Assembly (NCBI RefSeq): GCF_036321535.1
Contig: NC_087437.1
Span: 16,618,001-16,682,000 of the forward strand
Direction of reading: 5' to 3'
DNA: 64,000 nt
Source of the DNA: Camelus dromedarius
Lineage: Eukaryota
Shown here: positions 9,041 through 21,629 of the stretch, piece after piece
How the letters are laid out: every line of letters begins with the position of its first letter
Numbering within the stretch: position 1 is the stretch's first letter
Program-made: the position numbers and the translations under genes
Notes under the pieces: generated by a model
What the model was told of the DNA's origin: nothing
The model's input: the letters and a program-made list of their open reading frames with translations, nothing else
Databases searched by the model: none

Positions 9041-12000
9041 TCAGACTTTTGCAGAACTGAGGGTAATGTTCTGCTGCTTATCACTGGCAAATTTCCAGAG
9101 CCCTCTGCTAAGAGTAGCTGAAGACAGGAGTTCCATACTGATTCTGCCCCCACGAGCCATTATGCCATTCCAACAGGGCTACCCAGCAGGGAAAATAAGG
9201 TCCCATTCCAGAGTGAGCCACCAAGTTTGTGAGCTGTTTCAAGTTTAGCTAATTTTCCAACGTTTCTGGGATCTGATATCTACCTTGGTGTCTCCATCGT
9301 AAGCTTTATTTCCTCCTAAGCATGGATGACTGACAACACCCTACAAAAGATTCCACTGGGTCCGGGTGCTGCACATTTAGCAAGAAGACTCCTGGTGCTG
9401 AACTTCTGGCATGAACCTGCTGGCTGTAACGTATCTTCCTGGTCTGACTCAATGGTGACCCACAGTGCTCTGTGTATGGGCTGTTTTCTTCTATTTTCCA
9501 ACCTCTGAAGATTGTCAGAATTCTGCCTGTCTAAGCAATAAATCCATCTTTTCAAGGATCAATTGCAGTGACTGGCTGCAGAGCCTGGAAATCCAATTAA
9601 CTGCAAAATAAATAAAAAATGAAAAATACACTGAAGCTGTGGCATAAATCAGCTAGCGAATGTTCTGCACATTAAAATAAACAAGGAGAAATTTCAACTT
9701 CATTTGTCTTCTTTTCCTTTTTTTAAACTCCCTTATTGATAAATTTAGCCTTGGTTCCAATTTTGTCTTAAGCCACGATTTGCTCAAGTATAGATCTGTT
9801 GGGATGGCGATCTCCGTTCTAATTATACCCTGCCGGCGCTCTCCGGAGAGGAGCCAACTCGGCTAGGATTACCTTGGTGCCATATGTAAAATTTTAGGCC
9901 CTCTCTCCCTTCATCTTTTTACACCCCATGTGTTCTTAAAGGGGCATAAATCTGCTCTAACGTTGCGTGGGAAATATGAGTTATTTTGGCTTTCTGGGAC
10001 ATTTTGAAAAGGACAGAGTTTTCATCAGTTGGCTGAGTGAAAGGCTTTATGCCTCACTGCTAGTGGGTCTGCTGGGCTGCAGCCATGACACACGGAGCCC
10101 CTGGGCACTGGACAACCTTCTTGGTGTGGAGGAGTGGGTTCAGTGCCTCATGGCAATGAACCTCACTCCCGGCCACACACCCAGGCTTTCTGTCAACCCC
10201 CTGGAAAGGGTTACCCTGGGGCCCGAGGTACCCAGCAACCTGAGGAGGCCCCCTGGGAGAAAAATGGGCTAGCAAAGGCATGGAAGGAAAAGGCTACCTG
10301 GGCTCCCATCTGCGACTGGGACACAGCTTTGTGTCCTGCGGGTATCACGAGAACAATCAGGGCTGGTGATCCCTATTCAACCCCCGGGTCTGGGGTCCAG
10401 AGCAGGAGGGCTCTGCCACTGACTCACACGTGACTTCAAACAGTCACGGGTCTGTTTCAAAAAGCTCTGGATCGTTTCCTTGTATGTAAATGAGCAGACT
10501 GAAATAGAGGCTCCCAACGCCCTTCCAGGTCCCAAAGTCTGTGATTCCATGTTTGGTGAGTTAAAGCACATGTTTTATTTAAGGAAGATTTGTAGAGAGG
10601 GTATTCTTACTTTGATGAACTATAAACTAGCTCTTCCATCCCTCCCTTTTTCTTGATACCCTGCCTGTGTCGTCACTGAATTTGCCATTTCTGGATTTTA
10701 AGCATTACGTAGACATCAGGAGTTTGTCAGTAAGTTTCCTGTGGAATCCAGGAAAAACAAAGGTTGACTGTTTCTCAGCATTTCTTATCAGAAAAGCAAA
10801 TGACTCAATATTGCTTAAAAAAAAAGCACGCTTTCATTTCATCCTCCCTCCTTGGATAAAACAAATGATATCAACAAACATGAGAAGAAAGTTCTTCCAT
10901 CCTTCAAAATGTGCCCATGCGAACAGTTTTCGAATCACAAATTTTCTGTTATCCTTAGCTGGTTATTGATTTGGTTTTACTAAAAAATATTGCCTTATTT
11001 TCTAAACTTATTTTCAAAATTCCATTTACCCGAAAACACAACCAAAAGAAAGCAAATAGGATGATGGGAAGCCGTAACCATTGGAAACATACTCATTACC
11101 GCCTGGAGGGTATTTCCGTGGTCATAAACTACTTTCGATGCCACAGGAAAAAGAAAACACATAGGGCCTGGGTTCTCTCCTTAAGTCTCGCTGGAGAGAT
11201 GGAACTTATGCAAGGAAATTACTGGAAACCGGTCTCAATATAACAGAAAAATAAATTCACCCTCTTATTCTCAATCCTGATAGCTCCCTTATGTTTTCCT
11301 TAACCCTAATGTGATGCTAGGCACTGTGCTTGGCACTGGAAAAGGAGTAGTGAACACACCAGCCGAAGTCTGCATTCCTGAGGTTTTCAGAAGGTGATAC
11401 ACAGATCCAGGGGTCAAGGACACAAGGGGTTAATTTCATGAGATGACCAGGTACTCAGCAAAGAGTAGTCAAACGTTGTTTTGTTAACCTACAACTGCAT
11501 TATTCTATTTTCATCTATTGGTGTTGGCATCAGGGAGGCAGCAGGAGCCTCAGGCTCTTATCTTCCCAATCCCTTTTTCTTCTCCAAGGCAGGTAGTTAC
11601 AAGTAGCAAATAAGTTTCTATTCTCACTGTGGGGTTTTTTGGTTTAAAACTGTTTATTGATCAATAAAAAAGTAGAAAATCACGAAGTCATTGCCTGGGG
11701 AAACTGTACTAGTAATTTTACAGCAGGCTAGATAGTAAGGAAAGATTACAAATGTTAGTAGGCGGGAGACCCAGCTCCTGCTGAAAACAAGTCAATTCTG
11801 ACAAAAATCCAACCACCCTTACTGACCTTGGAGAGCCTGCCCAAGGTCAATGACAGAATGAATATGACTATATCGGTCCTGTTCCCAGTCTGTTTACTAG
11901 CTCTGGAAAAAAAAAGTGGACAGACATCATATGTACTCCCATATGCTTAAAAGTAATAAACACTGTAAATAACAGACTGGAATCTTCAAAAGAATGCGAA

Positions 12001-13636
12001 AGAGAATGTACATGGGATTTAGAACAACATTTTAAAATAGACTTTAAAGTTAATTTTTAAAATAGGACTGTCACTGGGACATATTGTTGCCACCGTTACT
12101 ATTTATATTAATAACTCTGACTCACCCAACAAGTCTTTGTAAGCTCAGAGAGTATACTGGCAGTGTTCATTCATTCTTCCAGTCATCCGCCCTCCCATCT
12201 GCTCACCCAGGACTGCTGTGAGGGTGAGTATTCAAACCTCCAGAGGAGTACCCTTGCCCTTGTCCTTCTATCTAACAATGACCTTCACCCAGGCTCCTCC
12301 AAGGAGAACATTATTCCACCCTTCTCAGTACCTTCCCTCTACCTACTTACCTTATTCCTCCTTAAACCTCTCTGTGTCCAGAACCCAGCTCTCCATAAAA
12401 TAATTGGGATCAAATTTTTCCAATACCCTCTTCTGCCTGCTTGTATCCTCACCCACTTCTCTTACTTCCATGGCTTCCATTGGTCATCATTTTAATTCTG
12501 TTATACCCACCTTCAATTCTTCTGTTGCCTCCTGAATGAAGCCCTAGACTTGATCTCTTCTGCCAGCTTTCCTTACTCCAGCAGACAGACAGCATGCATT
12601 ATCTTAACTATCATCAGGCACAAGTGCCTTTGCAGAGAGGCAGCATGTTCTGCATCTAAACAGTCATCCAACTGCAAGTTCTGCTTATAAGGCTCCCTGG
12701 AGGATGTAAGTGAAGGGCCACACATGTGGGTTGTCAACACATCTCAACAGGCAGGGGCCCTACCCATTCCCCAGCGAGCTGTCATTTTCATGTTCACGGC
12801 AAGGCTCTTGGTCTTCAGTCCTGAAACCCAAAGGTGGATATCACCTCTCAACTCTGATCACATTCCATCAGGGGTGGTCAGCTGAAGAGATAGGGCAAAG
12901 TCATGATCATTATCCAACCTCTCAGCTTATCATTTTCCAGAAAAGAGCAGCTCTTGATGGCGTGGCACCTTGGACAGGTAAGCTTTGATGGGAGGAAAAG
13001 AGGGGAAGGGGCTCACAGCACAAGGCCCTGCCGATGACAGTCAGGCCAAGACAGGCAGCCCCCTGGAGAGTCCTAGCAGAGAGGTGGCACTTAAGGATAC
13101 ATCATACCTCCAGTAACAGGCATTGAAGAACGGCAGAAGCAGAGACAGATGAGAGGGTCGTTGCAAAGGCAAGTTCTCCACTTTTCACTTTGGTCAAAGT
13201 GAGCCTGGGGGTGTTCTGGGAGGGCAGCAAGGCCACAAAACTGGGGACCAGATACCTTCCTCTCCTCCTGTCCCATGGTGAGACATCTCACACCAGGGGA
13301 ACAGTGAGTTAACTGAGGGTTCTCCCTACAGTCTTTGGGCATCATGGATCCTGATATCAAGAGCCCAAGGGCAGCTTTGACTCCACATCTAGACTCCACA
13401 GAGGTAAGAACTTCAGCTTGAGCCTGAAGACTCAAATATGAGGAGTCTATTTATGTGAAGAACTAAGGACTCACTAAAGTAAGTCCTATCCTGAAAAAAA
13501 GAGAGAAAGGAGGTAGAGAAATTTGATTCAAGAGTAATGGGCTACAGTCAGAGACGACACGTTCAGTCATCCTCAGTTCCCAGCCCAGGGACTTACATCA
13601 AGACCTAGAGCATCAGTGACAAGAGTCAGCATCCTA

Positions 13637-14380
13637 ACCCTCCTACACTGCTGGTGGGAATGTAGTTTGGCACTGCCATTATGGAAAACAGTATGGAGAT
13701 TCCTCAAAAAACTGAAAATAGCCTTACCATATGATTCAGCAATCCCACTCCTGGGCATATATCTGGAAAGAACTCTAATTTGAAAAGATACATGCACCTC
13801 AATGTTCATAGCAGCACTATTTACAACAGCCAAAACATGGAAGCAACCTAAATGTCCATCAACAGATGACTGGATAAAGAAGCTGTGTATATATAATGGA
13901 ATACTACTTATATAATGGAATACTACTTATATAATGGAATATTACTCAGCCATTAAAAAATAAAATAGTGCTATTTGCAGCAACATGGATGGACCTGGAG
14001 ATTGTCATACTAGGCAAAATAAGCCAGAAAGAGAAATAAAAATATCATATGATATCACTTATATGTGGAATCTAGAGGGAGAAAGGACACAAATGAACTC
14101 ATTTGCAAAACAGAGACAAACTCACAGACATAAACTTATGGTTACCAGGAGGAGAAGGAATTGTGGAGGGATAAATTAAGAGTTCAAAAATTGTAGATAC
14201 TAACTACTAAACACAAAATTGACAAACAACAAGGTCCTACTTTATAGCACAGGGAACTGTATTCAATGCCTTGTAATGAAAAAGAATATGAAAAGAAATA
14301 TATATATATAACTGAATCATTATGCTGCACACCAGAAATTAACACATTGTAAATTGACTATACTGCAATTAAAAAAAAAA
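13637..14380 (+). mobile_element. Young 5'-truncated LINE-1 with poly(A) and exact 16-bp TSD
   Basis: TSD aagagtcagcatccta at 13621-13636 and 14381-14396. Contains the ORF2 C-terminus (ctacactgctggtgggaatgta..., atgttcatagcagcactattt), the 3' UTR and poly(A). Confidence 0.95.
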
Positions 14381-15244
14381 AAGAGTCAGCATCCTATGAG
14401 TCAGAGTTGGAGAGAGAAAGCAGTGAACGTATCAAATGCCCATGTGTGGATCATACCTGAGATTCCCCCAGGACCTCCCAGAGCCGTTTTCAAGGACTGT
14501 GGCAGGGAGCTGGAGCAGAGAATGTCTGGTGGGGCCAAGAAACACAGGTGGGAGCTGCCAGCCAAAGATGCGCCCTTGCAAAGAGCCCCAAATTTCCCAG
14601 CCAGTCCATGTCTTCATGCAGACATCGGAAACAGCCCTGGCTGGGAACATGGAAAATGGGTGTCAGAACATCCTCCTGGGAAGGAAGTTTGTGACACATG
14701 AGTTGTCCCCACACATGCAGGTGCTCACATCACATCCCACACCCCACCGATGTAGCCAAAGTCGACATAAAAAGATGCCATCACTCCCTGGAATCTTGGC
14801 TACAGCTCCTGTTGATGAACTCTGGTCAAACAACAAAGAGGGCAGAGAGGCCTGATAGAAAATGGAAAGAACCAAATGTCTGAGTTGATTTGATAAAGTT
14901 AACTCAGGAGAGAACCAAACATTAAATTCCATCAGACTCCTTTAATTTTCCATACAGTTCTAGCCTGAGTGGCTTAAGCGCTGGGCTGAAGTCAGGAGTG
15001 CAGTTCTCTATCCTCCTCTGAAAAATGACAAGGTCACCTTGCGCCTGCCACTTCACTTCACTGCCTGCCCGTAACTCCAACTGCAATAACAAGAAACTGC
15101 AGAGAGTTTTAAGGGCTGACAGCATTTTCCAAATTACTTAGGGGTTACAGGAGATATTTTCTGAATCCAGAGTATTGTTACTGCAGGACTGACCCTTTCT
15201 AGAGCTGGAAGTATTCCTTTCTCTTTACAGCTCCTAGGATATTT

Positions 15245-15335
15245 ATGCTCAGAGCAGGAAAGTGACTTCTCTGAGGTCACACAGCCAGTCAGTGGCAGTC
15301 TGAGAGTAAGCAGCTGGATCACCTGATAGACATCT
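15245..15335 (-). mobile_element. MIR core fragment
   Basis: ctcagagcaggaaagtgacttctctgaggtcacacagccagtcagtggcag. Confidence 0.65.
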
Positions 15336-17269
15336 CTCCTGGAACTCAGCCGGGGCATACAGACTGACCTGCTGGATGTTTTTGGCAATTAACAAACATG
15401 CAAACAACAAATAAGAACCAATTATTATGCCCAAAGAATACAGCTCTCTAGAAAAAAGCATCTTCTTAGAGCCCTCTCAACATTGATTTTCCTAGCCCTG
15501 CTGCTACTAAAACTTCTTCAGGTAGACCCACATCATTTCTTGGGTTTTTTTTTTTTCCCCAAAGGAATAACCAGTTCTTTCTCTCAATTTCTACTTAATA
15601 ATGTCGCAGTAGTGAACTTTTCCCTTCCCTCATTAAAGTAGCACTGGGTTGGGTCAGGGGAAAGCTGATTTGAGGTCTCCGCCTTTGAAACCAAGCCCTG
15701 GTCTTTAATTGGGATCTCCTTGGCAGCAGCCCTGTTGCCTGTGGCAAGAAGACATCTTTGGCTGGGTTACGAATTCTGATTTATTTTTTTTTTACCTTAA
15801 GCCTTGAGTACTCCCTACAAATAAAAATTTAATATAATTGGTTTCGGTGCATCTAGGAGCCTTTTAATTACCCTCTGAAAGACGTTTAGGCAACAGCTTG
15901 CTATTAGGTTAAACAGTGTCAGCGTCTGTGCTATAAACGCTAACAAGTTTGTTACACTTTGCAAACCAATATTTGCCTCTTGTAAATTGTTTTCTCTAAG
16001 GAGCCTTCTTGGGGAGTACAGCTTCCATCCAACGGGCAGAGTGGACGTCGTGCCAATGGGAACACCTTCTTTTCCTCTCCTTACTCCCCTCAGTGCTGGA
16101 TCCTGGCTGTTTCAGACACCTTCATAAAACCATGGGGAACCTTGTGATAATTCAGGAGCCGATTACACAGCCAGCGGGCTCCCCAGGCAGCGCCTCTCTC
16201 CTGGGCGGCTCACGACTGGCCATTTCACTGCTCATTAGCCCCTTTTCCAGAGAGTGAGCAGGGAAAACAAAGAGAGATGAAATTCAAACCCATCCGTTTG
16301 CTTCCTATTAGCTGCTTTAGGTAAAAGTTTAGTGAGGGAGCAGGCTGAAATGATTAATTAATGTAAAGTGTGAGGATTGGCTCTGCAGCTCGTTTGTTTA
16401 AGCTCTTCCTTCCTCCTGGAATCATCTGTCATACAAAATGTACTGGCCGCAGGACCAGGCTAAGAAAGTTACAAGGATTGTGTTGGCCCCAGAGAGATAA
16501 TCATGGCAAGGAACTGAGGAAGGAAAACTGATGCCAGACTTTCTTTCTAAAGAATCTGAAACGTAGTATTATCTCCTATAACCTTTTAGAGGTTTTTTAA
16601 ATTAAATTAGAAAATAGATGAGCCTATGGCTAGTAAAAACCAAAATAACTACTTCCTTCTTTGTTCCACTTACAAAACCCCCACTGCAGAGAAAGTCATA
16701 TTTACAGATGCAATAAATCTTAATAATGCCATCAGGAAAACTGACTTCTAATGATAAAAAATTTACACAAGTTGCTAAGCAAACATTGCAGCCAGCTAAT
16801 CCAGTCTGTTAAATAAACAATTAAAAGTGATCACGCAAGGTAAACCCTTCAGAAAGAAGGAAGCTTTTCCAAAGGAATATTTACCTGTGGCTAGAGAAAA
16901 ATGCTTATTAAATGTAAAGACGTAGACAGGCTATATCTTCCTCTAGACAAAAAATTATTATCTCACACTTTAATAGTTGTTGGTTTATTCTGAACATTAT
17001 TTTAATATTTCATTGGAAAATTATTTTCGCTCTAAGTGCATTTTTTTTCTATTATATCCATGTGTACACCCAAGGCTGAAAGCTTTTATGGAAGGAATAC
17101 ATCTCTAATCTTTGAAAGACATGATAGAATATTTAATTTACTGAAATTCACTTTATTATCAAATTTGCAAGAATATATTCAAGGCAGGCAATGAGGTATC
17201 TCTACACATATGATAAAGGTTCTACTTCCTAGGTCATTTTATCCCAAACTCAAGGATAAATCATCCATA

Positions 17270-17432
17270 AAGTATCATGAAATTGAGAGACAGAATTGGT
17301 ACATAAATCCACGGGGTTCTAACCTTGCCTTATCACCACCCACTATGGAACCTTGGACCCACCACTTCCCTCCCTGGTCCTCTGCAAGAAATGGTCTCCA
17401 CATGTCCTCTAGCTCTAAACTTCTGTGCTCTG
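17270..17432 (+). mobile_element. MIR/MIR3-like fragment
   Basis: ggggttctaaccttgcc...ccttggacccaccacttccc...cctctagctctaaacttctgtg. Confidence 0.45.
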
Positions 17433-17939
17433 TGAACGAGAGGATTGGGTTAGATCAGAATAAAGCCCAGCTGAGTTAGAGAAGGGCAAATTCAAAGTTC
17501 AACTGAGGATATGAATGATACTACACAACAGATCCAGGGCTGGAATCCCCTAATTAACTGGAGGTGGTGGGGGTGGAGGTGGGGAGGGCACACTCAGCCC
17601 AGGGTCTGGAGCTCAGTACCACTGTTTTATGAATGTTAGTATTTCCCCTAGATATCACCAGGCTCTAAAAACTCTTCTGCGAGGTGGGAAAAGGATTTAT
17701 AAGCCATAATGCCAATTTATTAACCTACCAACGAGGATAGATATTAATAGTGACTGAAATACTCCTCACCGCTATTTAGAGTGCCTGTTCCTGTTATGAA
17801 GGTAACTAGAGCCCTCAACCAGTCATCAGAACATTGCCCAATGAGGACAGAATTAGTCAGAGCTGAGCCCGTGCTGAGAGAGGAAGGAATAGCACATGGA
17901 ACTTCTAAGGTCAGACTAAAGAAAGTGTTCTTAGCCAAG

Positions 17940-18098
17940 GGTCTCAGACCTCGGCCTGGGCTTCAAGGGATCTGATCTTCCCGAAATAGTCTGCAAAACT
18001 GCATATTAATGTGGCCACCTGCATTCTTCTAAGGGTGTCCATAGCATTTAGTACCTTCTCGAAGAGGTCTGCCATCTCTAAAAGTCCACAAACTATTG
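17940..18098. mobile_element. Degraded hAT-Charlie-like element
   Basis: gtccatagcatttagtaccttctcgaagaggtctg...aaaagtccacaaactattg resembles Charlie-derived MER termini. Confidence 0.35.
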
Positions 18099-18699
18099 GG
18101 AAATACAGAAGAAAGACTGAAGACAGACAGGGAGGAGAGTGAGGCAGCTCTGAAGAATCTGAAATCAGGAGCTGGCACTGAGTGACAGGGTGAGGATTCT
18201 CTGAGAAGGGTCCAGTTTGGAAGGAAGGGTCAAGCAGAGACCTGGTCTAGCCCAAAGGGATACCAGAGCACCAACTCCAGGGGTCCCTGCAAAGGTCAGG
18301 CCCAAGGTCAGCCACAATGACCCTGTGGCCCCCAAGAGACTTCATTCACATGAAAGGCTGCAAGGCCTGCTGGGTCCCCAGAGCAGGGCTCCTGTAAATC
18401 CTGCTGAGGTGTGCAGCCAGTTCCACAGGGTTACTCATCCACAGGTGGGAGGCAACGCACTGGGCCCCCTTCACCCCACCTTCAGTCTAGCTCACCCCAA
18501 ACTCCCTGACTGCGTACTGCCCCTCTGTCCCATGTCTTCCCTCGTTCCCTAAGTCCATCCCTCGATTTCTCTAGGAGCCAAGGGGACACCACAGGATGAG
18601 AAAAGAGGTTTGGCCCCAGAAGGCTAGCGGAAACACAAGAGTATTAGCTCTTACAAGAGCTGTTGTCAGGGTCAATGGTTGACACGCTGGGCCAAGTGC

Positions 18700-18880
18700 A
18701 GTTCAAGTGCGAAATTCAATTAATGAAAAGGAAGTAAAATTAAAAATTAACCTCTCCAATCACATCAGTCGCATTTAAAATACTCAATAACCTCATACGG
18801 TGGGTGCCTCCTTTTTGGCCAACACAGCTATAGAATATATCCATCATCACAGAAATTTCTTCTCTATATAATCTAGCACT
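18700..18880 (-). mobile_element. MER3-like DNA transposon
   Basis: Reverse complement of the MER3 start: tatagaatatatccatcatcacagaaattt, preceded by aaattaaaaatt...gcatttaaaatactcaata. Confidence 0.65.
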
Positions 18881-18889
18881 AAACTCTGT

Positions 18890-19215
18890 GAACAAACAGT
18901 AATTACAATAGTGTTTCAGAGAACGGAAGAGCCTGAAGTAAAGCAGAACTAGCTGTCAAGGGCTTCAGGGAGGAAATGGGACTTCAGCTGAGCCTCGGGG
19001 GGTGAGATGAAAGCGTGGGAAGGGGCTAGTCATCCGGAAGCCATGGCGAGAATAAGGGAAGATGTGGGCAGGGACCTGGCTGGGGCTGGTGCGAGTTCAT
19101 GATGAACACACAGAGCAGGGATGAAGGAATGAATGGACAGTGGGAAACAGGATAAGCAGGCAAGCTGGAGGCAGACTGCACGGGAATCTCAACACCAGGC
19201 GCCGTAATTTAGGCA
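18890..19215 (-). mobile_element. LINE-2 fragment
   Basis: agggcttcagggaggaaatgggacttcagctgagcctc...ggctggggctgg. Confidence 0.55.
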
Positions 19216-19219
19216 CGAC

Positions 19220-19495
19220 TGTAATAGCTACCAACACCGGCTACCACTTGTTTAATGCTTACTGTGCTTCAAGCTTTGTACCAAGAAATTTATATAAATT
19301 ATTAAATTTACTCCTCACAACACCAAGAGGTAAGTGCTTTTAACTCTATGATGAGAATGACAAAATCTCTGCTTGGAGAGTTTAGGTAACTGATAGCCAA
19401 GATCATGCAGCTGGGAAATGGTGGGCTGCCATTCAGCTCCACACTGCTGCGGTTGTCGGTGTGTCCACCTCACACATTCCTCCCCGCTGCCTGGC
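19220..19495 (-). mobile_element. MIR SINE
   Basis: cacttgtttaatgcttactgtgc...tttactcctcacaacacc-agaggtaag...gagagtttaggtaact...ccaagatcatgcagct. Confidence 0.7.
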
Positions 19496-19530
19496 GTCCA
19501 ACATCTTTGTTTTTAAACATATCGTTGTCC

Positions 19531-19876
19531 TTTTTTTTTTTTTTTTTTGAAGTATAGTCAGTTTACAATGTTGTGTCCATTTTTGGTGCACAGCATGATG
19601 CTTTGGTCATACACATATCTACATATATTCCTTTCCAGATTCTTTTTCCTTATAGGTTACTACAAGGTATTGAATGTAGTTCCCTGTGCTGTACAGTATA
19701 AACTTGTTGTTTATCTATTTTATATATAGTAGTTAGTGTCTGCAAATCTCGAACTCCCAATTTATCCCTTCCCACCTCCTTTCCCCACTGGTAACCGTTA
19801 AATTTGTTTTCTGTGTCTGTGAGTCTGTTTCTGTTTTGTAAATGACTTCATTTGTGTCTCTTTTTTTTAGATTCCA
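19531..19876 (-). mobile_element. Young LINE-1 3' UTR end
   Basis: Poly(T), then gaagtatagtcagtttacaatgttgtg...ttccctgtgctgtacagta...ctcccaatttatccct...ttttagattcca. Confidence 0.9.
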
Positions 19877-21187
19877 AAAATCTTTCTTTTTAACGAAGAA
19901 GGGCTTCTGCTTCCACCCTTTGAAGTGTGTATCAACAGTTTCCAAGGCATCTCTTCAGGAAGTCCTGTTTTCTACCACTCGGGAAAATATTTCCTTAACA
20001 GGACCCCAGTCCTCAGCAGTTTAGACTACGTGGCATCAGAAAGAACAGGAACATGGCAGAAAGGGTTTGGAAAATGGCAGAGACTGGCCCCATGGTGTAG
20101 ATAAGAGGCATCTAGTAAAAGAGGCTGGTGTAGTCAAGGCCTGACCAACTTTTCAATTGGCATCTATGCCAAAAGTCATCTCCCCGACTTTAGAGCCACA
20201 ATACCCATCACATGTTCAGGGCAGGATCCCCGGCTCCCTGGCCCCTCTCACTGTCTCTCATTCCTCCCAGGAACTTGTTTGCTACCTTCTTTTGTAGGTT
20301 TGGGTTTTGGAGTTTGCACACATGGACTCTTCCCTCTTATAACCATGACTACAATTTGAGCTGGCTACTCCTGGGCTGACCCGGCATTGGACTGTGACTG
20401 TAGATGGGAACTAAACTCTTCCCACAGGAGAAAGAAGTTAACATGCTTTTCCACACCTCTCTGCTTTTTCTATTGAAATAGAATACTTTATTAAGCTAAC
20501 AAAGCATGACCATTCATCTCCAATCATTATAGATAAAAATGTATAGCAGCATTTAGAGCAAGATTTAAAGAAGTGTGTATACCTCGTTGCTACCTTTAAC
20601 AGACATCCTTCACAGCTTCATCGCATTTTGGCATTGACCCAAAGCTTCAGCTATAATTCAACTTGCGTCTTTCCTAAGAGTGTAAATCCTGTTTGGGGTT
20701 GGTCCTTGGCATTTTTTTCTTCCGGGTATTAGAGATTTGGGCACCAAGAAATATTTCACATGGTTTTCGCCCCAGGTTTTCAGTCTCAGCTGCCTCCATG
20801 CACTTTAGCAGTGAGATGGTGCCCTGATGCTGCCCTAACATTCTAATTAGCGGGCTTGCTGTCTAATCATTCTGCTCTTCTGCGTGAGAGACTGATATTC
20901 CACGCCACACCATTTGCCAACAGCCAGGAAAGGAAAGCAATTAGAGTCAAGCTACTTACTGTCCATGGTGGAAAGTGTATATACACACAGAGGAGCTTTT
21001 CTTTTTATCTAGTAAGAAGGGGATGATTTGGCTCAAAGAGGAAGTCCTTCTTCAACCAGCCCTCAGTCCCTGGGAGTCAACTGTTTGTGGCCTTACTTGC
21101 TTGCTTGTTTAATAAGAACTGAAGACCTCCAACTCACTCACAATCTTCATTCTACCTACACCATATTTAAGCAGAACAAAATATTTT

Positions 21188-21468
21188 TTGAACCTTTTTT
21201 TTAAACATCTCTTTAGCTCAAGTCTTTTTTTGTTAATTTTTTTGTTTTCAACTTTACTTTTTGTTAGTTTGCATGCTTCCTTTTTTAACAATTTTTTAAA
21301 GATTTTTAAATTTTATTTTTATGTTGTTTATTTTTTGAAGGGGGGAGGTAATTAGGTTTATTTATTTATTTAGTTAGTTAGTTATTTTAATGGCAGACTG
21401 GGGATTGAACCCAGGACCTTGTACATGCTAAGAACGTGCTCTACCGCTGATCTATACCCTCCTCACCT
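21188..21468 (-). mobile_element. tRNA-Ala-derived SINE (Vic-1-like), long form with extended tail
   Basis: ggggattgaacccaggacc...ctctaccgctgatctataccctcc, with the ggggaggtaattagg extension. TSD cagaac(a/t variant)aatatttt at 21172-21187 and 21469-21484 (one mismatch). Confidence 0.85.
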
Positions 21469-21629
21469 CAGAACATAATATTTTAAAACCAAGATGGAGT
21501 TAAGCTTTTCTTTAACACCTTATTTTAGTACATTGTCAGATATAAGAGTAAAATATCCTATTCCTATGTATAAAAACAGAATTTAAATTTGTACAACAGA
21601 ATCAGTTCTTTCTGAATTCTATAAGGAAA

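Noticed and set aside
9967..10433. Overlapping ~100-aa ORFs in a GC-richer patch
   Set aside because: No recognisable domain, and too few CpGs for a CpG-island promoter.
13890..13946. Short direct repeats as a possible CRISPR-like array
   Set aside because: Head-to-tail tandem units without spacers, inside a mammalian L1.
14354..14932. Stack of overlapping ORFs on both strands (up to 139 aa)
   Set aside because: No recognisable protein similarity or convincing exon structure; consistent with a GC-richer stretch having few stop codons.
19497..19893. Possible TSD for the L1 end at 19531-19876 (tccaacatctttgtttttaa vs tccaaaaatctttctttttaa)
   Set aside because: Several mismatches, low complexity and a ~14-bp offset from the poly(T); not reliable.
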